Below are positions 35,164-45,849 of a stretch of 64,000 nucleotides of DNA, one piece after another. The translations under genes were made by a program, and so were the position numbers. The stretch lies in IMG/VR virus record IMGVR_UViG_3300045988_147571; one strand, written 5' to 3'. The stretch comes from a virus. Each line of letters begins with the position of its first letter. The first letter of the stretch is position 1. The notes below the pieces were generated by a model, which was not told where the DNA came from, did no database searches, and was given only the letters and a program-made list of their open reading frames with translations.

Positions 35164-35202
35164 TATTTATACTCCTCAGTTATGCAAAAGAGGTGCTCAA
35201 TT

Positions 35203-35460
35203 ATGGTAAAAAACGATGCTGGTATTTGGGTGCCGGATTATAAAAATATATTTGTTCTCCCGTCTAAAGAAGTTATGGCTCAAAGAAAACTTGATGCCAT
35301 GGAAGAACTAGCGGAAATACGTGCCTGGGGACTACGTAACCCGGTAAAATGGATTGAAACCATGTTTGGTGTAGAACTACTGGACATACAGAAATATGCA
35401 ATTCAAATGTCATGGAATAAAAAATATGCATTATGGTTAGCAACCCGAAACATGGGAAAA
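35203..35460 (+). CDS. terL: Terminase large subunit, N-extein
   Basis: ATG 35203 follows AAGAGGTG. It ends ...LATRNMGK, the first half of the Walker A motif. Confidence 0.75.
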
Positions 35461-36486
35461 GCTTTGGCTTTAGATACTCCTATTCCGACTCCTGATGGAT
35501 ATAAGCTTATGTCTGATCTTGAAGTTGGAGACTATGTATTTGGTGATGACGGGGAACCCACACAGATAGTAAATACCTCTCCTATTTTTTATAACCACAC
35601 TTGCTATAAAGTGTCATTTGAGGATGGAGAAGAAATAATTGCAGATGCAGATCATTTATGGGAGGTAAAAGCCAAAGATTATAGACCTACTATAAGAGTA
35701 CTAAATACCGAACAAATGTCTAATAATTTTGCACATAAGAGAAAAGATGGAAAAGGCATTGAGTACAAATATAGAGTAAAAATAAGTAAACCGTTAGAGT
35801 TTCCTGAAAAGGATCTTCCAATTCATCCGTATGTATTAGGTCTTTGGCTAGGAGATGGATGTTCCGAAGATGGGTATATTACTTCTTATATAAATGATTC
35901 TGTTGACATAATAAATAATATAGAATCTTTTGGCTATTTCGTTTCATCAGTCAAAGACGATTCTGGAAATAATTATAGATTACGAATTCAGGATGAATAT
36001 GGAGTACCGTTAAAGATTTTGTTGCGTGAAAATGACTTATTAAGTAATAAACATATCCCTTATATATATTTTATTGGTAGTACAGAACAACGATTACACT
36101 TGCTGCAAGGTTTAATGGATACTGATGGTTTTGTCGCAGCGAATTCTACTTACTGTGAGTTCTCGCAAAAAAGTGAACGATTAATTATTGATTTTTGTAA
36201 ATTACTTGATAGCTTATCAATTAAATATTCTAAAAAATATAGATCAACTATATGTAATGGTAAATATTTTGATTCTTATAGAATTACCTTCTACTCTTCT
36301 AAAGAATTTCCATGTGTAAAAATGCAAAGAAAATTTGACAGACTTCCTGATAAAACCAGTGAACGTCAGAAATATAAATCTATTGTTAATATAGAAAAAG
36401 TTTTTAGTGTGCCGACTAAATGTATAAGAGTTGATAACGATTCGCATTTATTTTTATGTGGAACTAAGAATACTGTAACGCACAAC
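35461..36486 (+). mobile_element. Intein (342 aa) with LAGLIDADG homing endonuclease, inserted in the TerL P-loop
   Basis: Starts ALALDTPIPTPDG and ends TVTHN|S. LAGLIDADG blocks are LGLWLGDGCSEDGY and LLQGLMDTDGFV. Excision gives NMGK-STLVG, restoring Walker A GKS. Confidence 0.8.
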
Positions 36487-38247
36487 AGTACTCTTGTAGG
36501 TCTTTATATTATGGCACGTACAATGTTAGTAAATAACTGCCGCTGTTATATATGCTCCGGTACAGCTACTCAGTCTGCCGAGACATATTTGAAGATTGAG
36601 AATATAGCTAAAGATAAAATAGAAAGTTTTTTAGGGTTAACAGACATTTATTTAGGTGAAGTAGTTACAACCCCTAACAGTGATGGGTGGATTCATAATC
36701 CTGCAGGTTTTACATATTCTCTTTATAATGGATCTTTTGTAAAAACTATAAATAGTAATGTTGATGCGTCTCGTGGTTTCCGAGCTGAATTATGTGTACT
36801 AGATGAATGTGCGTTTTTAGGAGAAGAGGTATTTCAAGTTATTGAGCCATTTACTGCACAGGATAAAAACTTCAGACTTGGTAAGGATAAATCTGGCAAA
36901 GAAATTGATGTTAAAGCATTACCTAGAGAATTGCCAAACCAAATGTTATACTGCTCTTCTGCTGGAGAAAAAGATGGATTTTTCTATACAAAGTATAAAC
37001 AATACGCACTACAACAAATGTGTGGATCCAGGGATCATATGGTCCTTGATGTTAACTGTGATGTCATGATGAAAGCAACTAAAAATGGTCGTGGTTGTGA
37101 TTTTTCTCTGCTTGACAAACAAAAGGTTGACAATGCAATGCGTGAAAATAAAGAAAAAGCTCTTCGTGAGTATTATAATATATTCACTTCTGATGGCGGC
37201 GCAGATGCCATCTTCAAACGTTCTATGATAGTAAAAAATTCTACTATCCGTCCCCCAATTATGTTTAATGATACAAAAGACAGACTTTTTGCCTTCGCAT
37301 ATGATCCAGCTAGATCTATGGATAACTCTTTTGTCCTTGTTGGAGAATATTATAAAGATTCTTCAGACAATTGGAGAATGCGTATTGCTAATGGTATTAA
37401 TTTTATGGATCTTAGTAAAAAGAATAAAACTCCTATGCGTACGCCTGAACAGGTCAAGAAACTGAAACAACTGATCCTTGACTATAACGGTGATGGAGTC
37501 GATGACTATACAAACATAAGTAATATCTTTATAGATGCTGGTTCTGGTGGTGCCGGTGTTAATATTGCAGATTATCTTATGGAAGATTGGTATGAAGAAG
37601 GACATGAAGGTGAACAGAAATATTTACATAGAGGTCTTATAGATAAAGAACAATCGTCTGATTATGTCAAAAAATTTCCTAATGCTGTAGATAAAATTAA
37701 ATTATTACCGCCTACTATGTATAAATCTATTATCTATGAAGCTGCTATTGAAATGATGAGACTTGATCTCATAGATTTCACTGCTGAGTATGATAATAAA
37801 GGATATTTAACAATGCTAGATATAGACGAAAAAGAAATGGCAAAAGCAAAAAAAGATTTAATTGCTAAGTATAAAGATAAATCTATGTCTAAAGGTGAAT
37901 TAGATCGTTTAGTTGAAGAAGAACTTCAAGAAAGAAATTTGGCCTCAACTAAAATTTATAAACTATCTCCTGATGAGGAACTTGGTCTAGTACAGATTGA
38001 CTCGCTAAAGGAGGAAATGGTTAATATGGTACGAAAGAAACGAGAATCTGGTAAAGATGGCTTTGAACTGTCTACAGAGAAGCAAAACAAATTGCATGAT
38101 GATCGTTCGTATTGTTTCTCAATGCTCTGTTATGGACTCTCAGAACTTCGTAGAGAACATATTAAAAATAAGAAACGTCCCAAAAAAGAAAATATAGCTG
38201 CTGCTATGCCTATTCGTAAAGGTGTAGTAAGAAAAATGTTTAGTTAG
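36487..38247 (+). CDS. terL: Terminase large subunit, C-extein
   Basis: STLVGLYIMA...CVLDECAF (Walker B-like), followed by the nuclease-half region. Confidence 0.75.
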   Translation, partial: STLVGLYIMARTMLVNNCRCYICSGTATQSAETYLKIENIAKDKIESFLGLTDIYLGEVVTTPNSDGWIHNPAGFTYSLYNGSFVKTINSNVDASRGFRAELCVLDECAFLGEEVFQVIEPFTAQDKNFRLGKDKSGKEIDVKALPRELPNQMLYCSSAGEKDGFFYTKYKQYALQQMCGSRDHMVLDVNCDVMMKATKNGRGCDFSLLDKQKVDNAMRENKEKALREYYNIFTSDGGADAIFKRSMIVKNSTIRPPIMFNDTKDRLFAFAYDPARSMDNSFVLVGEYYKDSSDNWRMRIANGINFMDLSKKNKTPMRTPEQVKKLKQLILDYNGDGVDDYTNISNIFIDAGSGGAGVNIADYLMEDWYEEGHEGEQKYLHRGLIDKEQSSDYVKKFPNAVDKIKLLPPTMYKSIIYEAAIEMMRLDLIDFTAEYDNKGYLTMLDIDEKEMAKAKKDLIAKYKDKSMSKGELDRLVEEELQERNLASTKIYKLSPDEELGLVQIDSLKEEMVNMVRKKRESGKDGFELSTEKQNKLHDDRSYCFSMLCYGLSELRREHIKNKKRPKKENIAAAMPIRKGVVRKMFS

Positions 38248-38258
38248 GAGGTGAGACA

Positions 38259-39803
38259 TTGGCTATTAAAGAGGAAAAAACAACTCAAGAGATAAAAAAT
38301 TATGCTCTTAAACAACAGGCATTACAAGAAAAATTCGCTCAAGTAAAGCAAGCTGTACAGCTTATTGATTTAACTAAAACAGAAACAAGAACATTTACTG
38401 TATTTAGTAAAGATAAATTACGTCAATATATGCAAAACCCTAAAACCAATGAATCTAACCTTCGTAATTTGAGCAGATTCTTATATAGAGTTTCTCATAA
38501 TTACAGAAGACTTATCTCCTATCAGGCAGAAATGGTAGATTTAACAGCTCTTAATGTTATACCTCAGATAGATTTTATTGAGGATGCGCATGACGATGAA
38601 AAAATAAAGACTAGTTATTTTAATACTTTAGTACAACTTGATAAGATGAATATGCAGTCAGAGATTTTAAAATGCCTATTGATTGCATGGCGTGAAGATA
38701 CATTTTATGGTTATACATATGAAGATGATTCTGGTTTCTTTATTTATCCTCTTGATGGAGATTACTGTAAAGTATCTTCTGTTAATTACGATGGTACTCT
38801 TAATTGTGCTTTTGATTTTAGCTATTTCAGAAGTCATACTGCCGACTTGGAATACTGGGATTCCGAATTTAATTCTAAATACAATTCTTTTCAAAGTGAC
38901 AATACTCTTCGTTGGCAAGAGCTGGACCCAGAAAGAACTTTTGTTATAAAAGTTAATATTGATGATCCAACTCTTAACATGCCACCTCTTTCAGGTTTGT
39001 TCGAACCACTTATTGATCTTATTGATCTCCAAAGTATTCAGTCGGTGAAGGATGACTTATCGATTTATAAACTTCTGGTTGCAAGATTAGAAACACTTAC
39101 TAATTCTGATGAACCAGATGATTTCTCAGTAGATATTGATACAGCTATTGAATATTATAACAGATTGGTCGAATCTCTCCCAGACTGTGTATCTGCAGCT
39201 ATCTCCCCTCTTAAAATTGAACCTATAGAATTTCAAGGTGATCAAACTCAAGATGTTAATAGAATCGCTACTGCCACTTCGAACTTATTTAAAAATTCTG
39301 GTGGTGCACAGATTCTTGATAATGACAAAATCTCAGGTACTACTGCTTTTACTGCTGCTATTCTTTGTGACACAATGATGGCAATTAAAACTGTCCTTCC
39401 ACAGATTGAAGAACGAGTTAATAGATATCTTACTTATACAATTGGTGATGATCATGCAAGGGTAAAATATTTTGAAGTATCTCCTTATACCAAAGCTTCT
39501 AAAAAAGAAGAGCTTATGAAATCTGGAGAACGAGGTGTGCCAGTGAAATTAGCTGTTGCTGCCCTTGATGGTATTTCACCTCTTGAAGCTTTATCTATGG
39601 ATTATCTTGAAAATACTGTTTTGAAGCTCCATGAAACATGGATCCCATTTAGTACTTCTTTCACATTGAGCGGTTCTGCTTCACAACAAGTAATTGATGG
39701 AAAAACAGATGCTACCAATGGAGGAAGACCGGAATCTGATACTCTTACAGATGAAGGTGAGAAAAGTAGGGAATCTGGAAAATCAAGTGAGCAGGAAGGA
39801 TAA
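38259..39803 (+). CDS. Putative portal protein
   Basis: 514 aa, TTG start after GGAGGTG. The call rests on synteny directly after TerL. Confidence 0.55.
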   Translation: MAIKEEKTTQEIKNYALKQQALQEKFAQVKQAVQLIDLTKTETRTFTVFSKDKLRQYMQNPKTNESNLRNLSRFLYRVSHNYRRLISYQAEMVDLTALNVIPQIDFIEDAHDDEKIKTSYFNTLVQLDKMNMQSEILKCLLIAWREDTFYGYTYEDDSGFFIYPLDGDYCKVSSVNYDGTLNCAFDFSYFRSHTADLEYWDSEFNSKYNSFQSDNTLRWQELDPERTFVIKVNIDDPTLNMPPLSGLFEPLIDLIDLQSIQSVKDDLSIYKLLVARLETLTNSDEPDDFSVDIDTAIEYYNRLVESLPDCVSAAISPLKIEPIEFQGDQTQDVNRIATATSNLFKNSGGAQILDNDKISGTTAFTAAILCDTMMAIKTVLPQIEERVNRYLTYTIGDDHARVKYFEVSPYTKASKKEELMKSGERGVPVKLAVAALDGISPLEALSMDYLENTVLKLHETWIPFSTSFTLSGSASQQVIDGKTDATNGGRPESDTLTDEGEKSRESGKSSEQEG

Positions 39804-39806
39804 GAG

Positions 39807-39992
39807 ATGAAGAAAAATTTTATACAGACTGCCGATCGAGAAACAGCGGATATCTTAAAATCTATTGGCTTTCCTCAGATCAGTGATAAAAAAGGTATCT
39901 ATACATTTGCAAATTGCTCTTCTCTCTCATTTGCAAATGTAAATATAGATATAAATAAACTAACTTATACTGATATTTATTGTGCAAGTTAG
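39807..39992 (+). CDS. Hypothetical small protein
   Basis: ORF track. Confidence 0.5.
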   Translation: MKKNFIQTADRETADILKSIGFPQISDKKGIYTFANCSSLSFANVNIDINKLTYTDIYCAS

Positions 39993-40040
39993 TGCTCCTC
40001 TTCTATGAGGATAAAAATATATGATAGAAAGGAGGCTAAC

Positions 40041-41618
40041 ATGAAGAAAAAAGTATTGACATTAGATGATCTCTATTCTTTTTTTGAGCAGAAAAACCAA
40101 ACTACTGTTTTTAGTGCAAAAGAATCTGGATTCAATATTGCGGTTCAGGTTCCTGCAAAATTTGAATTAGAAGACTCTAATGAAGACGATGGTTTTTTAC
40201 GAACTAAATTCAAAGTAAATCATTTATATGAAAATAGAAATAAGTCTTATATATCTGAAGAAGCTCAGTTAGAAGCTTTACCGTCTTTACATTATAGACC
40301 AGTTCTGGCCGCTATTACCACTTTATCTGATGGAACTACAGATTTTACTTCTCATGCTATGGAATTTGATGAAGAAGGAAATGTTACATATATTGAACAA
40401 CCTATAGGTGTTTTTGTTAATCCTGAAGGGTATCATCTCGAATACGATGAAGAGCATGACAAAACTTATGTTATTGCTGATGCAGTAATTTATAACGATT
40501 ATTGTGCTCCTGCTTGTGAAATTATTCAGCGTAAACAAGGAACTAAAGTAAGCTGTGAATTAAGTATTTCAGAACTATCTTTTGATACTAAAGATAAGGT
40601 GCTTCATTTAGATAAATTCAGATACAATGGCGTAACTTGCTTAGGTACTGATCCTATTACCGAAAAGCCTGTTGAAGAAGGTATGGAAGGCGCCAGATTA
40701 GATATTGCTGATTTTAGTGAAGAGAAAAATAGTCTTTTTACTAATACAGAAGAAAAATTGTTAAAAGTTATTCAGTCTTTGCAAGACACTCTTGCTAAGT
40801 TTGAAGTTACAAGTCCAACGAAAGGAGGAAACGAACTGTTGAAACTCAATGAACTATTAGAAAAATATTCTAAAACTGTAGAAGACCTTGATTTTGATTA
40901 TGAGTCAATGTCTGATGAAGAGTTAGAAGCTAAGTTTGCAGAATTATTTGATGAACCTGAGGCAGACCCAGAACCAGAAGTTACTACTGAGCCAGATCCG
41001 GAGCCGGAAGATAATTCTGATTTTAGCAAGAAAAAATACACAAAAAAAGATAATGGTAATACAGAAGTTACTTTTGAAATTAGCCATGAAGATGTGAGAG
41101 GTGCATTATATTCTCTTCTGTCTACTTGGGAAGAAAATGATAATGAGTGGTATTACATTAATGCTACATATGATGATCATTTTGTTTATAGCAACTGGGA
41201 TGAAAGTAAAATCTTCCGTCAGGGCTATACAAAAGATGGTGATGCAGTATCTCTTTCAGATGAAAGAACTGAGTTATTTAAAGAATATCTTACTACTTCA
41301 GAAAAAGCTGAATTAGAAGAACTCAGAAGTAACTATGCCGCTCTCCAGACTAAAGTTAACGAATACGAATCAAAAGATAAAGAGGTTGTTCTTAGTGCTG
41401 AAATCTACAATGAACTGAAAGATAGAGAAGATTTTAAAGACCTGATTAAAAATCAGGCTGTTTACAGTGTAGAAGAAGTACAGACAAAAGCTGATGCTAT
41501 TTTAGGTAAATATGTTAAAGAAAAAGGCACTTTCAACTATCAGCAGAAACCTAGTGCTATAGGTTTTACTGAACCTAAGAGAGCTAAGAAACCATATGGA
41601 AGTTTATTTAAGGATTGA
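40041..41618 (+). CDS. Putative scaffold / prohead-protease-like protein
   Basis: ATG 40041 follows AAAGGAGG. The protein has an acidic PE-rich linker and a coiled-coil C-terminus, and sits between portal and capsid genes. Confidence 0.45.
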   Translation: MKKKVLTLDDLYSFFEQKNQTTVFSAKESGFNIAVQVPAKFELEDSNEDDGFLRTKFKVNHLYENRNKSYISEEAQLEALPSLHYRPVLAAITTLSDGTTDFTSHAMEFDEEGNVTYIEQPIGVFVNPEGYHLEYDEEHDKTYVIADAVIYNDYCAPACEIIQRKQGTKVSCELSISELSFDTKDKVLHLDKFRYNGVTCLGTDPITEKPVEEGMEGARLDIADFSEEKNSLFTNTEEKLLKVIQSLQDTLAKFEVTSPTKGGNELLKLNELLEKYSKTVEDLDFDYESMSDEELEAKFAELFDEPEADPEPEVTTEPDPEPEDNSDFSKKKYTKKDNGNTEVTFEISHEDVRGALYSLLSTWEENDNEWYYINATYDDHFVYSNWDESKIFRQGYTKDGDAVSLSDERTELFKEYLTTSEKAELEELRSNYAALQTKVNEYESKDKEVVLSAEIYNELKDREDFKDLIKNQAVYSVEEVQTKADAILGKYVKEKGTFNYQQKPSAIGFTEPKRAKKPYGSLFKD

Positions 41619-41639
41619 GCTATCAAATAGCTCTTTTTT
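41617..41639 (+). terminator. Rho-independent terminator
   Basis: GAGCTAT-CAA-ATAGCTC followed by TTTTTT. Confidence 0.65.
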
Positions 41640-41672
41640 ATTGCCTAAAAATATTTAAAGGAGGAAATAAAA

Positions 41673-42146
41673 ATGGCATCTAATTTTCAGAAATTTATGG
41701 CTACTGCTGAAAAACATGCTGTAGCTGGCAGTTCTAAACTGAAAGCTACTATTGCAGGACATATTTATAATATCCAGATTGAAGAAGATCTGGATAATGG
41801 ATCAATTGTTGCAAAAGGCGATTATATCAAACCGGAGACTTATAAAGCAAAAGATTCTACTGGTTTTAAAGGTAAAGTGCTTGATAAAGCAGCTAATGGT
41901 AATTGGTATGTAGAAGTTGAAGAAGCTGGAGACGCTCTCCTGGTTCTGCAGGTACCGATGCTGTATGAGGAATACACTACTGCTCTTAAACACGAAAGTA
42001 ATTTCTACAATGCAAATGGAGATATTGTTCGTGCTTATGAACTGTATGCAGGTGACGTATTCGAAGTATCAGCTGAAGGATTCTCTGGAACACCTGCTAA
42101 AGAATCTGCTGTAACTGTAACAGGCAAAAAGCTGACAATTGGTTAA
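41673..42146 (+). CDS. Hypothetical head-associated protein
   Basis: ORF track, strong AAGGAGG SD, immediately upstream of the capsid gene. Confidence 0.6.
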   Translation: MASNFQKFMATAEKHAVAGSSKLKATIAGHIYNIQIEEDLDNGSIVAKGDYIKPETYKAKDSTGFKGKVLDKAANGNWYVEVEEAGDALLVLQVPMLYEEYTTALKHESNFYNANGDIVRAYELYAGDVFEVSAEGFSGTPAKESAVTVTGKKLTIG

Positions 42147-42164
42147 TGGAAGGAGGAATACATA

Positions 42165-42625
42165 ATGAAACTTAATTTTTCTAGTAATGAAGTAAGAAAC
42201 ATTTTTGCAGAAAATGATTATGCAGAGTACTCCCAGCTTATGTTTGACACAGCTATGGGAGAAGAAAAAGTATCTACAAAAGATGCTAATGACAAGATCA
42301 GAGAGATCATGTTCTCCGTACTTGGTGTAGATGAAAATTGCACTAAGAAAGAGCTTAGAAAAGCTATTCGTAGACATAAAATTGATGTATTTGAAATCAT
42401 CGAGGAAACAGTAGAGAATCTGCTTGTTTCTGGTTGGGGAGAAAACCCATTCTTCAATGAATTCGTAGAGATTAAATCTATGGCTGATGGTGATACTAAT
42501 GAGTTCTATGTACCGGATGAAGTTATTCTGACAGTGTCTGAACTTGCGGGCAATCACCATGATCTGATCAGACAGCGCCTGGCAGAAGGACAGACATTCT
42601 CTGTTAAAACTTCTTGGTATGGGAT
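42165..42625 (+). CDS. Major capsid protein, exon 1
   Basis: Strong SD. Ends ...FSVKTSWYG-I(2 nt). The track ORF reads on into the intron to 42635. Confidence 0.65.
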
Positions 42626-43866
42626 TAACTTTTAGTCCCCTTAACATTGTGAAATGTTTTGAAATAAATAACGCATTGAATTGCTGGAAAACCTTAAAGC
42701 TAGTTAAACTACAACGTAATCTAAAAAGATAAGCGTGAATGTAACGAAAGTAGAAAAAATTAACTAGATGATACATGGTTCAATCCTAAATATCATGAGT
42801 AATTAGACACCTGTTTATAGGTGTTTTTTATTATGCTCAAAAATAGGCAATCAGCAGCTAAGACTTTTTAAAATGAGTAAAGTTCAACGACTATCTGGAG
42901 ACAGAGTACATATACAAGTGTTTGGTATATGGAAGTGGTGCGCACCCTCGATGGGTGAAGATATAGTCTAATCTTTAGCGAAAGTTAAAGGGCTTTAAGC
43001 CAACACGGAGTAGCGTCCGATTAATATCATTTTTCAAAATAATTATATAAGGAACTATGAATGCAAGAAAAATTATGTGGTATTTATTGTATAAAAAATA
43101 CTTTAAATAACAAAAAATATATTGGTATGTCAAGAGATATAAAACGAAGATGGTCCGAGCATAGAACAGAATTAAATAGCCACACTCATGTTAATCAATA
43201 TTTACAATCTGCATGGGATAAGTATGGTAAATCAAATTTTAAGTTCTATGTTATTGAGTTATGTGAAGAAGAAAAACTTAGTGAACGTGAATGTTATTAC
43301 ATACAATTATATAAATCTTTATCTCATGAAAATGGATACAATTTAACAACTGGTGGTGAAAATACATCTATTGGTAAATCTGTTATATATTTGAAAGATG
43401 GAACGATTTATAACTATGTAAACGAAGCTGCTCAAGAAGCTAATGTTCAGTCCGTAACTATGATTAGTTGGTGCCGCAAGAAACATAACTATATGTATTT
43501 AGATGAATATAACACTCTTTCTAAAACAGAAAAAGAATACTGGAAAAATTTTAATTGGGAAGAATTTGACCATCAAAAATTAAGTCAAGCACATTCTCGT
43601 GAAAATCTCTCAAGGGTCACAATAAACAAATTAAGTCAAGCTACATCTGGAGATAATAATCCAAGAGCACTTAAAGTTTATTGCCCACAGCTAGATGAAA
43701 CATTTGATTGTATAAAATATGCCTCTGACAAATATGGAGTTAATAGAAGTAGCATATCTTCGTGTCTTAAAGGAAGACTTAAAAGTGCCGGTAAGCATCC
43801 CGTTACCGGAGAAAAACTAACATGGGAAACAGTTGAAAAATGATATTGAATTGTTAAATATAAATG
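42626..43866 (+). mobile_element. Group I intron in the major capsid gene
   Basis: P1 pairs exon GGGAU with 42635..42639 GUCCC (U-G at the splice site). P10 pairs exon-2 UAAAA with 42630..42634 UUUUA. P7 is GACUA 42889 / AGAUAUAGUC 42959..42968. The terminal G is at 43866. The spliced frame reads WYGIKIYAEYELFMAGRIDW. Confidence 0.8.
43061..43843 (+). CDS. Intron-encoded GIY-YIG homing endonuclease
   Basis: CGIYCIKNTLNNKKYIGMSRDIKRRWSEHR...YYI...GYN, plus C-terminal DNA-binding repeats. Confidence 0.8.
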   Translation: MQEKLCGIYCIKNTLNNKKYIGMSRDIKRRWSEHRTELNSHTHVNQYLQSAWDKYGKSNFKFYVIELCEEEKLSERECYYIQLYKSLSHENGYNLTTGGENTSIGKSVIYLKDGTIYNYVNEAAQEANVQSVTMISWCRKKHNYMYLDEYNTLSKTEKEYWKNFNWEEFDHQKLSQAHSRENLSRVTINKLSQATSGDNNPRALKVYCPQLDETFDCIKYASDKYGVNRSSISSCLKGRLKSAGKHPVTGEKLTWETVEK

Positions 43867-44485
43867 TAAAATTTACGCAGAATATGAGCTGTTTATGGCA
43901 GGTCGTATTGACTGGGCTGGATTTGTACAGAAAATCTATGAAGCCTTTGATAAGAAAATCAACGATATGGTATATGCAGCTGTAATGGCAGCAGGTGAGA
44001 AGGTTCTCCCGTCTACACAGTTTAATAAGACAGGTACACTTTCATCAACAACAAAAGATGAGTTTATGACTCTGATTGAAGATGTACAGATGGCTACAGG
44101 TGATGAAGTAGTTGTTATGGGTACCAAATCTGCTCTTGCAAAACTTTCTGCTATGGAAGATATCACTTGGGTATCTAATGAGATGAAAAACGAAAGACAT
44201 ACTACAGGTCGTTTAGGTCTGTTTGAAGGTATTCGTCTTGTTGAAATTCCTCAGAGATTTGCAAATAATGATACAACTACTAAGTTAGTAGATAATACTA
44301 AGCTTTTGATTATGCCAGTAGCTGATAATAAATTTATCAAGATCTACAATGAAGGCGACGCTCAGATTAAAGAAGTATCTGATGGAAATACAAATATGGA
44401 TAAAACTATTGAGTATGAATATCAGCTTAAAATGGGTGTAGCTACAATTATTGGTAAACGATTTGGAGTTTGGACACTCAAATAA
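43867..44485 (+). CDS. Major capsid protein, exon 2
   Basis: The frame is open from 43850. Exons 1 and 2 total 1080 nt, an in-frame 359 aa. A strong hairpin follows. Confidence 0.65.
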
Positions 44486-44495
44486 AAAACTACTT

Positions 44496-44521
44496 AAAGA
44501 GGTGGGGGCTTCCACCTCTTT
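44496..44521 (+). terminator. Hairpin terminator after the capsid gene
   Basis: AAAGAGGTGG-GGGCTT-CCACCTCTTT. The trailing T-run is weak. Confidence 0.5.
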
Positions 44522-44545
44522 AATTGATTAAAAAGGAGTAATAAT

Positions 44546-45085
44546 ATGGCAACAACAAGAAGAGCTGCAACAAAAACTGTTGCTACTACTGAAAATACTG
44601 CAAAGGAAACAGCTCCTGTAAAGACTACTAAAAAGTTTGAACAGAACGAACTTATTGAGTGCCGTTCTTTGGTACAGGGAACATTGTTTATGCCTGGTAA
44701 ACAGAGTGATATTTTATATCGTTGGGACGGTTATGGAGATATCCGTGAAGTAGAATACAGAGATTTATATTCTCTTAAATCTAGTCGGTCACCATATATT
44801 TATGATCCATGTTTCCAAATTGAAAATGATGAATTATTAGAAGATCCTAGATGGAAAGATGTAAAAGATCTCTATGATAATCTTTATGATACTTCTGATA
44901 TTAATCAATTTCTTGCTCTCTCACCAGCTCAGTTTAAGAAAGCACTTGCTGAAGTTCCTAAGGGACTTAAGACAGCAATTAAAATTGAGGTGGCAACCAG
45001 ACTGGATAATGGTACATTTGATTCTATTCAGAAAGTACGTGCTGTAGATGAGATTTGTGGTACAGAGTTAGAAAAAATGATTTAG
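44546..45085 (+). CDS. Hypothetical structural-module protein
   Basis: ORF track, AAAGGAG SD. Confidence 0.65.
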   Translation: MATTRRAATKTVATTENTAKETAPVKTTKKFEQNELIECRSLVQGTLFMPGKQSDILYRWDGYGDIREVEYRDLYSLKSSRSPYIYDPCFQIENDELLEDPRWKDVKDLYDNLYDTSDINQFLALSPAQFKKALAEVPKGLKTAIKIEVATRLDNGTFDSIQKVRAVDEICGTELEKMI

Positions 45086-45095
45086 GAGGTATCAT

Positions 45096-45545
45096 ATGAC
45101 CTCTTATGAAACAGTATTTAAACGATTTGAAAATAAAGTCGAAGACATAAAAGTATTGAAATTAGCATCTGATGACTGGACTGAATTGTGCTTAGAATGG
45201 CTAAATAGTGCTATTGCAATGATTGAGTTGGACAAGTTAAAAATAGAGCATGATTTAACTAAAAAGAATGATGTTTTGTTTGAGTTCGAGGAAACTCTTA
45301 CCAATGGAGAAATTGAAGTAATTGCTCTGTATATGGTCGTTGCATGGTATGACATTCGTTTGAACTCTTTAGAACATACTAACATGTTTTATGGTTCAAA
45401 GGATGAAAAATGGACCAGCCAAAAGGAACATGCTAATTATATTATGAGTATTCAAAAGAAATATAAAAAGGAAGCCAGAAAATATTTTAGGAATCACTCT
45501 TCCAGAAGTAATTCTTATCTGGATGGTGAACAAAATGAAATATAA
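45096..45545 (+). CDS. Hypothetical head-tail joining-region protein
   Basis: ORF track, synteny. Confidence 0.6.
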   Translation: MTSYETVFKRFENKVEDIKVLKLASDDWTELCLEWLNSAIAMIELDKLKIEHDLTKKNDVLFEFEETLTNGEIEVIALYMVVAWYDIRLNSLEHTNMFYGSKDEKWTSQKEHANYIMSIQKKYKKEARKYFRNHSSRSNSYLDGEQNEI

Positions 45546-45849
45546 ATATGGGACTTTTAATGACAATCAGTTTTCTGATTATATAAAAATACTACATAAT
45601 AAAATTCATTGGCTTTTAATATATCAAGAAAATGGCTATCCAAAATTAAGTATCTATTTTAATAGTTTACAATTATACATTGCAGGATTGGCTGAATTGA
45701 TTTCATCTCCTTATATAATTGATTTAGCAAACACTATAGAATGTGCAAAAATAGAATTTGAAAGTAATGATTTTAATCATGACAAATACAGAAAATTAAT
45801 ATTTGATGCACATACTATTATAGATAAGATAGGTGATAATCATGAGTGA
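45523..45849 (+). CDS. Hypothetical head-tail joining-region protein
   Basis: ORF track. The start may be ATG 45535. Confidence 0.55.
   Translation: MVNKMKYKYGTFNDNQFSDYIKILHNKIHWLLIYQENGYPKLSIYFNSLQLYIAGLAELISSPYIIDLANTIECAKIEFESNDFNHDKYRKLIFDAHTIIDKIGDNHE

Noticed and set aside
42069-42776. 235-aa minus-strand ORF from the track
   Set aside because: It is antisense to capsid exon 1 and the intron 5-prime core, with low-complexity translation and no coupling to neighbours.
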